From Harriotta raleighana (taxonomy: Eukaryota): a DNA stretch of 64,000 bases. The stretch's first letter is position 1. The number at the start of each line of letters is the position of its first letter. The stretch is taken from positions 647,985-711,984 of the forward strand of contig JBNZDD010013514.1 in assembly GCA_050575255.1 (NCBI GenBank), in the 5' to 3' direction. Positions 37,152-49,912 of this stretch are shown one piece after another. A program made the position numbers and the translations under genes. The notes beneath the pieces are model-generated. The model saw only the letters and a program-made list of their open reading frames with translations. It ran no database searches and was not told the DNA's origin.

Positions 37152-37218
37152 CGCTAGAACGGTTCTTGCGATTAGATTTTCCACCACTGAGGAGCATCTT
37201 CAGGCTGTTGCGAAACAT
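37152..37218 (-). CDS. TANC2: TANC2 first coding exon (67 coding nt, [22 protein letters not shown] + G)
   Basis: Manual translation matches the recalled human TANC2 N-terminus [22 protein letters not shown]. An in-frame TAA lies 6 nt upstream of the ATG. Donor is AGCG|GTGGGT (phase 1). Not in the ORF track. Confidence 0.95.
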
Positions 37219-37257
37219 ATCTTAATCCGTAGAGCTCGGCAGCACCTATAACAATTC
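37219..37257 (-). other. TANC2: 5' UTR part of the TANC2 start-codon exon
   Basis: Two possible acceptors: TTCTTTTGACAG| (exon start 37257) and TGTTATAG| (exon start 37245). Confidence 0.65.
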
Positions 37258-37462
37258 CTGTCAAAAGAATGAAGAAGGTTAGCAATGGTACACACAGAAC
37301 ACTCAAGGCAATAAAAGTAGATTAGGACCAAGATCATCAGTAATTTCCATTAGATTTAGTATAGCTCAGAGTCAGATTGGTAAACGTTTTCTCATGTTGT
37401 CTATCTTAACAGTTAAAAGCACCTAGGAGAAGAAGTTGAGGGATTTTTTACACTGTTTTCAA

Positions 37463-37870
37463 ACAACAAGAATAAATTACATTTTTTGGCACCTTTCAAA
37501 TCGGGAGAACATCGCAAGGTGCTGGATAGTGATAGGTTTGCAACTAAACTGGGGATTGAGTTAAAAGGGATGAAGGGCTAGGTGAGGTGGAGAACGGAGG
37601 TATGGTCAAAAACAAAGGTCTTCAGATGGGCCTTGAAGGAGGCAAGGTAAGGGGTGAGGTGGAGAGACTCCAGAATGGAGTTCCAGAGGGAGGGGGAAGA
37701 AAGGTTTATGGAGGGAATAGTTGGGCAATCCGACAAGCAGGGAGTTAGCATAGTCAAAGCTGGATGTAATAAACTCACGGATGAGTGGCCTGGCAGCCTG
37801 AGCAGAGAATAATGGCTGAGGTGGACAATGTTGCGATGGCAGAATGACCGATGTTCAGTACAAAAGACAG
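37463..37870 (-). mobile_element. L2 LINE 3' end
   Basis: ORF 37578..38081(-) ends SLWNSILESLHLTPYLASFKAHLKTFVF, an L2 ORF2 C-terminus. The L2 tail lies at 37463-37530. Confidence 0.87.
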
Positions 37871-40082
37871 TTGAGGTTGTTCGAACAAGACACCAGGATT
37901 GTGGCTCAATGAGATGGACAGTGCATTCCACGAACAGTGATTCTGTCAGCGCCCAAGGCGAAGTAGAGTAGGAGAACTTTTCAAAGCTGAGTTTTGTCCA
38001 GTGGCAGCATTGTGAGTTGTATAACACAGGAGAATTCAGTCGTTTCAGTTCATTCTGTGGTGGTGTTAATCGTGGGGGCAATTTAAGGTGATGAATAAGA
38101 AGTGTGCATAGTGCACAACATTAAAGCATACTGGTTTATAGGTGATTTGTTTTCCTAACAGGGCATTGAATCAATATTCTCAACAAGATCAGGACTACAC
38201 TGATGGATGCTTGAATGTAGAGCTAATGATGGCCTCAGAAGATTTGCATAGTAGGTAAGATGCTTAAACAAAATACTTGACGCCAATGATGCCAATAGAG
38301 GGTTATCGAGCGCATTGGTACGTACTTCCAACGTGAAAGGCACCATATAAATGTAATTTTGTCACTGTCGTTCACACGTAACTCTCATAATCCTATAAGC
38401 ATTTAGTCTATACAATATCTATCATAAAATATAGGTAATATTCAGTTTCATTTTGCAGCAATTCAAACCTCACCATTTTACCTATAGAGCCATGCACAGA
38501 ACAGGTTTCATCGATTACGTTAAACCTCTGCGATGGAGTCACTCCAATTGGGTGCAACACTCTAGGTTAGCAAGGAAGAATGAAATGGTCAGTATCTCAC
38601 TCTGGGTGACTACCCAGTGCCCTTATGCAAGTGCTTATTCAAGTGTAGGTATTGGTGAGAAATTACAGTCGAACAGTCATCCAACCTATCTCACAGTCAA
38701 GGCTCCCAGTAGAATTCAAACTAGAATTTTATTCAATTGCATGATTCACTATTTTCGAGGGTGTAACATTAGGGTAGCAAAACGAAGGGAAAAATAATAC
38801 GTTAGATGGTAGGAACTCAGAGAGACCATTAGGGGTGGAATTTAACAAATCCCTTTAGATGGAAATTTAATGTGCACATTTCTTCATTTGCTGCGTAACC
38901 ACTACTGAAATAGTTCTTATAATCTATTATGCATGCAGTTATAAATATTAATATTTATATTATGCATTTTATTTTAGGCTAGACAAAACTGATGTGTGTG
39001 CTTAATAAGCAACACCAGTAAAAGCCGTGAGTAAAAGGACAAGCAGGAATTTCCCTTTTCCGTCACGTTGTTGATCTCATTTCCTGGGCGTTTTTCTTCC
39101 ACTTTTTGCCCTGTTCTTTGTCTGCTCCCAGCAATTCAGTCACTGCAGCACTACTTGTCTTTCAGATGGCCAGCTAATCAGTACAGGAGCTTGCTGGCAT
39201 CAGCAAAAAGATCATCACTTTGACAACACCCACTAACCAGGTCAATGATGAAAGAAGAAACAGCAGAGAACAACCCACTTTCCCCTGGACCTCAGTGTCA
39301 ACAAGTCTGAAAAAGGTTATCTCTAAAGAAATTCCACGTCCGATTCAACAGATCATCAGATACAGCATAATTCAGCTTCAGAAAGAGGACTAATTGCGTA
39401 CCCCATCACAGAAACCTATGAAACCGCTGTGTTGGGGGTTGGGGGGGGGTGAGAGAGGTGAGGAGACAATGCTTAGATTTTGTGTTGTGCAGCAGGAGAC
39501 ACTGCATTACTGCACCATGAAATTGAATTGGGTTGTAAGTTAACTAGTTTGCTTTGAATTCAATTGACAGCTGAATAGAAGGTTGTTATAACTGAATGAT
39601 GCAGCAGCCGCTCATTCAATATCCTTTCTTGATCTTTGACAACAGTCTTGAGTCATCAGTATTCATTCTTTGATCCCTTTCTGTGGTGGACGCCACATTT
39701 ACTGGTCTGCACTTATAAATGGTCTGCTCAGATAGACAGGGATCATTTGAAAAAGATGGGAGCTACAAAATGGCTGAAAAATCTCTTTGATCGACTTTAA
39801 ACCACCAACAACAAAATGACACTTGTATGTCATAGCACCTTTCAACTGTGAGGTTTGCAGTTTTTAAACAAAAATTCAGATTACGTATCAAAATGGGCAT
39901 CTCTTGTACAGAGACCTGTCCCAAGCAAGAGATCCTCGATACAGAAATTGACATGGTTGACATCACCTTACGTCTCCTACAGATGTTTTTTCACTCCTAT
40001 CATTGCAGATAAGCAATTAGTAGGAACCCAGTAGGTACCGATTGGTTAATAGGAACCAATTGGCGGCTAGCTTTTCAGAGAG

Positions 40083-40267
40083 TAATAATCCCTTCTGAAA
40101 CAAAAGCGGCCACTTAATCCACGACTGTTTGTGTGACACCATTGTGTGCAATTGGCTGCGGCATTTTGCCCACAAAACATATAGTCAATTCACTTTACAT
40201 TATAATCTGCAAAGCGCTAGAAGAAGTTATAAGACGCTGTATCAATTGCAAGGATTGTTATTATTAG
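40083..40267 (+). mobile_element. tRNA-Deu-L2 SINE, 3' part
   Basis: Deu core and tail. Confidence 0.85.
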
Positions 40268-40699
40268 TTGATGAAATTCAATCGATGAGAAATCTTTCAT
40301 TTCCATTTGAGTCTAGCAAGGAGATTAGTGTTTAGAATTATAGTCCATTCGGCTTCATAAAAAACAATAGATGATCTGGAATTCTTGTCTAATTAAATTT
40401 CATCATATCAAAGTCTAGTGTAAGTGGGTTACACAAGATCATTCCAGTCAGTTTGACCTCTTTAATGCAGTGCTGGTATTAAATTGAAAATTTAAATTGT
40501 TGTACAACTCAAAACACATTTGTGCACCATTCTTTCCTTCTTTAGGTCTACTTCCCCAGGCACATTTTCCCATCACGCCATTAGGAATGACAAACCTAGT
40601 TTTGAAACAAAATCAAAGTCATACTATGGATTTGTTGAGATACTGCATGAGAACTTGCTGCACTTTTGACATTTCTAAGAAACATTTACAAAAGGTGCC

Positions 40700-40823
40700 A
40701 ATTTGGTCATTTCATCCACAAAATATACAATCCCGACATTTGACAATACTTTCTGTGAAGCGCTTTGAGATGTCTCAATGAAATAGTAAGATGCTTTCAT
40801 CAAATGAAAAGATTATTACTATT
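40700..40823 (+). mobile_element. tRNA-Deu-L2 SINE, internally deleted 3' part
   Basis: TTGGTCATTTCATCCACAAAATATACA...GTGAAGCGCTTTGAGATGTCT. Confidence 0.75.
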
Positions 40824-41151
40824 AAATCAATGGCATTATTAGTAGATAAAAAATACAATACATCTGATTGACCATTCCCATACGACTTCTCAGCAATCTC
40901 CGTGGACTGTATAGATATTCTACAGATTAAATATTAATTTTAACACAAAAGAAAAATATTGATACTCTGAAAATCATGTGGTATCAGGTACATAAGTTTC
41001 CCAATATTCTATTGTAGCATTCTATATTCCAGAGGCTTCAGTAACACAACAGAATTGATACTAGGCTTGACTGTTATAGCTGGGACTGCTAATCTCAATA
41101 ATAATAACTATTAGATGTCAAAAACAAACACTTGAAACCCTAATTTTACCA

Positions 41152-41392
41152 TTGGAGCCTTGAGCCACTCTGCCCCAACCTCTGGGACTCCATCCTGCAA
41201 TTTCTCCGCCTCAGCCTCTCCCTAGCCTCCTTCAAATCCCACCTCAAGACCCTCCTCTTCGACAGTCCCAAATCGCCCTCTTTCACTCCACCCTCCCTGC
41301 CCCGACCCCAACTCAGGTCTGAAACAATGACTGTCCAGCGCCTTGGTACATGAAAGACACTGTCTACACAAGTGCAATTCTGTTGCTGTTGT
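41152..41392 (+). mobile_element. L2 LINE 3' end
   Basis: Reads like AFSHSAPTLWxS...ASFKSHLKTLLFD, followed by the tail and (TTG)n. Confidence 0.87.
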
Positions 41393-42761
41393 TTTTTCTG
41401 CCAATGTAACCTCCTGTGTGTGCACCAGCAGGACGCTCAAAATAATAACCAGAATAAAACTTGCCAATGGAACAAATAAATAGCAATAGGTGAAAATTCT
41501 CCTGGTGGAGCAGAAATGTTTATATGTGGTATGTGCTGAGATTTTCCTATTGACTGTGCAGATGTCTCTCACCATAACTAAATAATTTCCCAATAATTTT
41601 CAATGACATCAGTGCCCAATGCGACAACCGTGGCAGTCACATTCACATTCTGTGCTCATACAGACCTAAACCCTGCAATCATAACACGTTGTTACACTTC
41701 TCACTACCGCCCCCACAAAGTCCCACGCACCAGTTACATACGTAACAGCTGAAAGGTACTATCTAATCACACGCAGTATATTGTGCTGGGTGAAGCTCTC
41801 AATCCTGACGCAAGCCATCTGCAGCACAAACTGAAACTCCAACCACACAGATGTCTGTATTCATAAAATCGCTTTAATTAAATGAAGATTTAATTGCATG
41901 AAGATTTAAGGATAAGGAAATTCATGCCGAGATTTCTGAAAAGGCTATTCTATGAAGTCTTCTGCAGCTATAACCACAGGTACGTAATTGCCATGCAGCT
42001 TTTAAAATCTGAATGATATTTAAGTACTGTTAACATTTTCAAGCAGTTCTGGCTGAGTCTACTGCAGTCATTTTTAATGGATTAGCCTTTGAACAACTTG
42101 GAGACATAATCAACAGATTTTTTTTTAAAAAGCACTGAAAGCTCTACACCATTTGGAAACGCAGTAGACAACACTATGGGGTAGATAGAGATGATGGTTT
42201 TGGAGCCAGTTTTACATTAGATATGTCTGAACTGAATAGATTAATTGAGGCGTTTGTTAAACCTTTCCATACAGGGACAGCTGAGGAGCTTAATTTTGTC
42301 GATTTCTGTTTTAATGCAAGACTTTTTAAAATATAAACCTTGTAAAACTTGGCATCATGTAGTGATATTGATTTTGCACTGTTTCATACAATTACTTCTG
42401 ATTTGGGGTCTCAATGAGAAATTTCAGATTGTGCTAACTGGGCAGAAAAGAAGCCTACCTTCTTCAATCCTGAACATTATCAGAAGGTCCATCAATATCA
42501 GGAATGAAACAAGCCAATCCATTTCACGGAACTTGCCACCAATTACATGACCTGCGATGGGATCGTGGAAGACCTTTCTCTGGCGTTAAGCCCTCAGAAC
42601 GTAAATTAATGCAACCAAACAAGACAAGTCTTTTCATAAATATTTTGCAACTGTAAAACTTTCCAAACCCCCAACCACCCACCTCCATACAAAAAAAAAC
42701 AAATTGGAGATACACAGATCGGTGGATCAAGCTATTATAACATTTGGAGTTAAATAGATAG

Positions 42762-42830
42762 CAACAACAATAACTAAATTACATTTATAGAGCGCCTTTC
42801 ATGTCGGGAGGACGTCCCAAGGGGGCCAAG
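42762..42830 (-). mobile_element. L2 LINE 3' tail
   Basis: (CAA)n...ATTACATTTATAGAGCGCCTTTCATGTCGGGAGGACGTCCCAAGG. Confidence 0.85.
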
Positions 42831-43351
42831 GATGCTGGAACAATGGTCAGATAACCTGAATGGTGGGATTATCAACACTCGGGGAAAGAGGAGCTGTGAG
42901 AGTATAACTCACCCTGGCAAGCCTTGCTCCAAAAATTTAGGAATTAACCAAATCCAGTTTATTAGCCTGCTCCGAACTTTGGGTTTTCCAAACTGTAATT
43001 GTATTTGGAAATGATGGTTAGACCTTCTGTAGCCACCAGGATTTGATTATTCAATCAAAACAAACCCTTGTCCTCCGTGGTGAAGGTAGAGAGCTCAAAT
43101 TTTCAGATAATTCCTGCTCTTCCATTATGGTTGCATTATAATGAATAAATTCTTAGTTAAACCAGATTCCTGCAAAAAATTTATTGTATGTACAATCCAA
43201 GATGACATTCCACTCTGAAACTGTATTCAATTTGCCTTCCCTTTTGAATTCTTTAGTGGAAAACTTCTCAGTAGGGAAGAGTAGCTACAATTCTTTGCTC
43301 TCAACTAAAAACATTCGCCACCAAATTAATTTGCTTCAAATATGCTTCGCT

Positions 43352-43425
43352 TCATTCACCCACAAATATACAGTCAATTCATTATACAGTATATTCTGTG
43401 AAGCGCTTTGAAACATCTTGCAGAT
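43352..43425 (+). mobile_element. tRNA-Deu-L2 SINE fragment
   Basis: CACCCACAAATATACAGTCAATTCA...TGTGAAGCGCTTTG. Confidence 0.8.
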
Positions 43426-46400
43426 GTTTCTCAACCACTTACTTCTCATCTTGAGTCATTTAAGCCACTTTTGTGCAGGTAGGATGCAGAGAAACAAATT
43501 AAAAGCTAACACAGAAACACTGGATGATATTTTTTTTCCATGTACTGGACCGCAATAATTTACTCAGTTCTTGTGGGGTACTGGAACAATTCACTCAGCC
43601 ACCATCAGAGAGTAAATACCTATGCGGCTCTTATTTCATTGCAACGCCATAGTATTTAACATGTACACAATAATTTTAAGACACAAACTTTTTGTTTGTG
43701 CTACTCAACACAGGAAAAGGAGTAAGCCAGCCATTGAGCCAGTTGTGCCATAGTATAAGATTACGGCTGATCTGTAGCTCAACTCTGTACTTCAGCATTC
43801 TATCTTACACCACCAGAACTTCTGTTTGCTGTTGTCTTGTGAAGAGAGAAGTTATAACAAATATGAAACCAAGGGAAATTAAAGAACAGCTATAACACTA
43901 AATTGAGTAGCTTGGATTTAAAACCCAGAACGCTAAAAGTTATTTGTTGAGTGCTCAGTGAAGCCAAAGGCCAACATTCCCAACAGGAGAAATGAAAACA
44001 AACTTCTACTTCCTCTTCCCGACAAATTGTCCTTCTACAGATTGTTACATTTTGTTTAAAAACACAGAAATATGAAGCAATGCATATTGAACTGTATACA
44101 TTAGGTTCCCAGTCAGTCACAGCTCCAGAATAATGAGATTCATCAAGGGCGCACCACAAAATACATTACCATGAATTAAATTTAGCCGCAACACAGGGTC
44201 AATGAAATGTAACCTAAACGAAAGTCTTACCTTCAAAGCACTCTCCAGCAGCCACCACAAAAACAAGCTGCGACTACACTTTTACAAACGGTCATCACTG
44301 TCAAGCGTATGTATACTGGCAGTTAGACTAAACTGCTTGGGAATTGTTACTCCACCCACATATTGCTTTGCTGGAACTTTAAGCAGCAGAGCTATCACAA
44401 CCCAGAGTGTCAATGACGCCCACAAAGGTAAACTTTCAGTCAGCATTGCCCGAGCCCCAACAGAATTGTCAAATTCCCAGCTTCAGGAAGCTGGGATTAC
44501 CTGCAGTGCTCTCCCTCTGCAGTGACATACAGTACATTGCACAAGTACAAGATCACTGTACTCCTCAAGAAGGTGATGGTATTTCACAAGTGTCAGGTAG
44601 CAAGCTGACCAAATAATAAATACAGGCCACAGAACAACAACAACAAGCTGCATTTATATAGCACCTTCACGCAGGGTAGGATATCTTCCTCTATACCGAG
44701 GGTGTCAAAAATCAATTGACTGGAAAATTATTTCCTCAGATAATTCTTTCACTTCACATAGCGCTACTTTTGTCTTTCAGAGAAAAATGTGCACGGTTAA
44801 CTGACTGAATTGTGATCTTAACTCTCCAGGATTCAGCTGAATCTATACCAAACACCAACATTAATTAGCAGATATCAAATAACAATTTTCATAGAAAATA
44901 ACAGGAATTTACAAAAGGAATAACTAAAAGGGAAACAATAATTATCTCCAAATTCAGCTTTTAATTGGACATAAGAATTCACAAAAGCATTTCCTACATG
45001 TTTAAGATCAGGCAATCTCTTTCAAGATCAGTCAGGAGCAGTTTGAAAACTTTCATGTAAACTGTTTTTTTTAAAAAGAAAACTGCTTTAAACTTCCAGC
45101 CTCACCGGGTGATTAATTAAAGAGACTGCTTTTTGATATAACTTCAAAAGCATATTTGATGCCCAAAAGGAGTTTTTTTTTAAATTTAAGTGTCATATAT
45201 ATTTAATTTTTAGAAATCCAACCCATCAAAACTGCCAGTCTGCTTAATGTAGATAAAAGGGTAAAAATCCCTCCTACTTGAATACAACTATTCAAACAAT
45301 TCAGTTTTACTGGCAAAACTCAGTAACATCAGATATAATCATTAATTACAAGATCCTCTTTTTGAAAAAAAGTCATGAAGGAACTCTAAACGTATTCCAA
45401 TTAAACTATTCATTCCTCTGTCAAAATCCAATAGGTTTATGTATTGGGAAGTTTGCTGAAATAGAAAAGGTGGGCACTGTATTTCCTTATTAAGATTTTA
45501 TTACCCGACAGTTTGGGACACAGAGATTGAATATTTCTGATGAAATCTCAATCCAAACACAGCAGGAGAACATCAAGTAGCACACTTCCCCAAATCTCAT
45601 TCTAACATTCCCTGGTGCAAGGGAATCTATGATCAAGAAAATCAGGGAACAAAGTTACAGCCTCCTCATCGTACTTCCAAAACAAGCATGGGATGCGTGC
45701 ACTGAAACGCAATCTGAAAAATAACAATAGATGCTTGAGAACAAGTTCTCTACCAAACCTGATAGTTGGGGGTAAAAATAATGAAGAATGATACTTTACA
45801 TGTGCGATAAATTTACAAAATAAATTCCACACATTAATTATTTACAATAAACCGCACCCAATACAGTACTCAATTAATTGATCAGCTTTTTTTATAAGGG
45901 GGAAAAACAGTTCCTACGTTATAAAATCTGGTATCAAGATGCACTCAACTTACTCGGTCAGTCAATAGACATGCATTGTTAAATATGGACTCTCTTGTCT
46001 GTAAAACACTACATCCTCTGATAATATGGAAATGTGATACTTAATTTCATGACCTCTGGTCTTATTCAAATGCTCTGTAAACACACAATTCATCTCCTCT
46101 ATCTGGCCTTTAATTAAAGACAGAATCCGAAATCATCAATTGTCATCTCTTAGCAGCTGGTGAAAGGCAAACACATTACCAACATTATTAGCTGATACCA
46201 TTGACTATTGACTATCCACCCTCATTTCTTTTACTCTTCTACAGTTACTTCTGTTTAAAGATGATATTTAGCAAAGTACGAGTTTGGATCATTGCACTAA
46301 CAAACTTCTAGGAATATTTTTAGAAAGCCATGATGCAAGGAGTGTCTGACCGGTCCTGTGAAATTGTAATACAGTTAGAGCATTTGCTCACATTGTTGGG

Positions 46401-47869
46401 GACATTTATTGCCTCTATGACGATTACAGGGCCTCAAACATTTCAACTCAAGAAGCATAACCACTAACAATCAGACACCATTTAAGTTTTTTAAAAAAAG
46501 AATTTATTCATGCAATATTTTTTTTCCTAAAGTTTATGTTCGCACATAGTTGCAAAAGACCTAAACAATTCAATTTTCACTACGTTTGGCGGAAGATCTA
46601 ACCCGTGAAACCAAGCCAAGCTCTTTCAAACATTCCAATTCACTGATACCAGTACTTGCACACCATATCAGGCGTAAATATCAATACTTATCTACAAACC
46701 TGCTGGGGTCACGGTTGATCAAAGAAGCTATTTACTTTTAGTAAATACTTTCAGCAGTTACATGTGGTTATCATGCTTGGGCAGTAGATAATGAGGATCT
46801 TGAATCAGTGGTTGGAAGACAACATGCCTAAAACACTGTTTCCATTCTAGACAACAGGTTTATAATAAACCTTAGGCGTAACCTGTCTTACGAACAAATT
46901 CACTTCATCCCGTTTTGCTGTTTTACAGATATTCAGTTAAAATTTAGTGTTGGCAAGATTTCTGGCAATTTGATTCTAAATGAACGTAAACAGGAATTCT
47001 TTTAAAAGCTTTACCCAGATTTGAAGTACTTTGAGATGTCTCAACCACGCAATAAGGTGCTAGATTAAATGCAAGAATGATATCAAACCCTCAAAAAAAC
47101 TTAAAATGTAATACAGTGATCCATTCAGAAATTCATAAAGTTATTCAACATTTAGCTTCAAAGTTAAGATAATTTATTCTAGGTATGTTTGTGCTATCTA
47201 TATTAACAGAAATTCATCTTACTCTCGGTTTTTCTGATAAACAACAACGAAATTACATTCGTATAATGGGAGGACAGCCCAAAGCATTGGGATGAAGTTC
47301 ACGATGGAGTTCCTCAGTACAAAACTAAAAAAGGCTTTCTAAAACAACACCCACTCACTACCTCTTCCACCCTCAAATGTCCACCAGAATCATCTTTATC
47401 TATCCATTTGGTGAATATCTTTAAATCTTTCACTTCCCTGCTTGTTGTACACAACTACATTTGTCAAGGAATTTGAGCCACAGATATTTTATATGAAAGC
47501 AATCTAATTGTGAGTTGTGTGGAATTTTATGGACTTCCTCCCAATGTGAAAAGCGTACTATAAATGTAATTTTGTTTGTTGTTGTTGCACTCCCACGCAA
47601 CACAAATTAAAGTCATTATCAACTGGAACCATTGGTAGAGCTATCACCAGATGGGATCAAACAATAGGTTAACCCTTCGGGAGCACTCCAAAAGCAATTC
47701 ATTGAACTTGAAAAATAGTTCATTTCATTTCATTCTCTTCAATACAAATTTAAATAAGTAGATACACACAAACACACACAAACAAAATAACCAGCTGAGC
47801 TTTAGTGGTCTGCACAATTACAACTGGACCAATGTACTTCAGCATCCAAAACATCTGCAAATACCAACA

Positions 47870-47970
47870 GTGAACCATGTTCCTGTTGAGTGCCCTTCCA
47901 GACAGTGTAATTGCCTGGAACTCAGTCCCTTGCATGGAAGATTTCAAATGCAGCGTTAACAATCGCTTGC
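47870..47970 (+). mobile_element. Possible ancient LINE ORF2 C-terminal remnant
   Basis: Peptide ALPDSVIAWNSVP..EDFK resembles the F.P....WN.LP....FK motif at LINE ORF2 ends. Confidence 0.35.
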
Positions 47971-48806
47971 TGGACCAGGAATGCTGGAAGATGCATTGGC
48001 CTGCAGGAAATCTGTTAGTACTCAACTCCGTGTGTGCTCCCTGCAGCAGCCACCCAGGTCAAATTTGAGAAACATATGTTCCTAGCAGTTGCCACCAGCT
48101 GCACTATTTTCCAGTGTCACCCCAAACACTTAATCAACTTTAAATGAACAACTGCTTTAACAAATATGAATTTATAAACCTATGCCTTGGATTTTCTGAT
48201 GAATGGCGAGCAAATCATGGTTATTCTTAAAATCACTGGAATAATTTGTACATCGTGTACTTTCAATTAAGTATTTCCAAACACCATCAATCAACAACAC
48301 TTTTCCATAATACTTAGACCATGAGAAATGCAATGACCATGTGAATATTCAAAATAAAAGCTAGGCCAGAAAAAAAATTACCAAGCGGTGAAATTTGCTG
48401 TCAAAAGCATATTTTCAGAAATATTCACAATTTGAAATAAAATGTTTCATTTGTGTAATAGGGTGCAAAATGTTGGGCCATTTAAAAAAAATGCATAAAT
48501 AGTACAAATAATCCGTGCAGTTCATATAGCACTTTCCACATCTTCTGACGTCTCATTACCCACAAGATTAATACCACCCTGACCACGTATAATTCTTCTC
48601 TGTATCCTTTGATAGGAAAAAACTGAAAATCAAGCACTTGACACAGCTTCCATTCCAGTAGCTATTCACCAATGTGCCTGCATGTGTCCAGTTAGGCACT
48701 CCCAGTCAGTCAGAAGTTGAGTCTGCCCACAAAAGCGACAGTCAGCTAGCTAGCCACCCCTCTCTTACAAATTACAAAATACTTGCTAAAACTTCTATCT
48801 ACACTA

Positions 48807-48844
48807 TGCAGGTTTTTGTTCCCACAGGGGAACAAAAACCTGCA
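48807..48844. repeat. Perfect 17-bp inverted repeat with 4-nt loop
   Basis: TGCAGGTTTTTGTTCCC-ACAG-GGGAACAAAAACCTGCA. Confidence 0.95.
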
Positions 48845-49108
48845 GAATAACTTAACATTCACCAATTATTATATTCTATCAAAATCTCTTAGAATGGAAT
48901 GCAATTCCACAAGGTTTGCTTGTCTGCAACTGCCATAAATAGGATTTAACCCCAAATCTCAGAAGCCCCTTTCAACCTCTGAATTAACTTCAGTGAACAA
49001 CATGGCTGAACAAATGATGCTTTGCTGTGGTGAGAGAGCACAGTCAGTTCCCCAGGAACAGAGAAAGTAGTTCTTTCTGAATAGTATACCAGAGTTGGAC
49101 TGTACAGA

Positions 49109-49217
49109 TAATAATAATAATAATCCTTGAATTTGATATAGCGCTTTCCATGTCTTCTCGATGTCTCAAAGCGCTTCCATACTGTAAAGTGAATTGACTG
49201 TGTATTTGTGGGCGAGA
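49109..49217 (-). mobile_element. tRNA-Deu-L2 SINE 3' part
   Basis: (AAT)n tail and family match. Confidence 0.88.
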
Positions 49218-49550
49218 CCATATATATTAAGCTTCACATAAAAAGTTAATGGCAAATTTCTGTCCTTACCAAGCAGATTTAACACAAAGTAGGTTTTATC
49301 TATTACATATTGAGAAAGGTAAACTGAGGCAGCTTAATAGTTGTTTTATCCATTGCCACTGCTGCAATATTAATCTAGATTCTGCCAATATTCAAGAAAT
49401 AAATATTATTTCTCCTATTATGAAGACACCATACCTTGCCATGGCTGGTTGCAACCGTCTGCTAGCTCATCCAGACAACGAAGGTACAGTATTTGGCTTT
49501 GGTATCGAAACCGAGCCTGATCCTGTTCTCTTGCCTGCACTTTGCAGCAG

Positions 49551-49569
49551 AGGCCAGCAGGTGGCAATC
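49551..49569 (+). promoter_or_regulatory. Candidate CTCF site
   Basis: CCAGCAGGTGGC is an exact fit to CCASYAGRKGGC. Motif match only. Confidence 0.45.
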
Positions 49570-49611
49570 AGGAATGGGGCCAATTACCCAACTTTATAAT
49601 ACTGTATAACA

Positions 49612-49912
49612 TAAAATAAATCCATGCGTTTGATATAGCGCTTTTGCATGTTCCTTCTAGATGTCTCAAAGCACTTCACGGAATATACTGGAAAGTGAAT
49701 TGACTGTATATATTTGTGGGCGAAACGCGGTAGCCAATTGCGCACAGCAGCGTCCCACAAACAATTGTGGTTTGAAATGACCAATTTTATTATTGTGTTT
49801 TTTTTGGAGGAATTATTAGGCATGGTTGTGTGTGTGTGGAGTAAGGAAACTTGTCCAAGGTTTCATCCTGACTTGCCTGGATTGGAACAAGGGTCTCACG
49901 TTTGTACAGGAC
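49612..49912 (-). mobile_element. tRNA-Deu-L2 SINE, near full length
   Basis: Tail, Deu core and most of the head. Confidence 0.9.
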
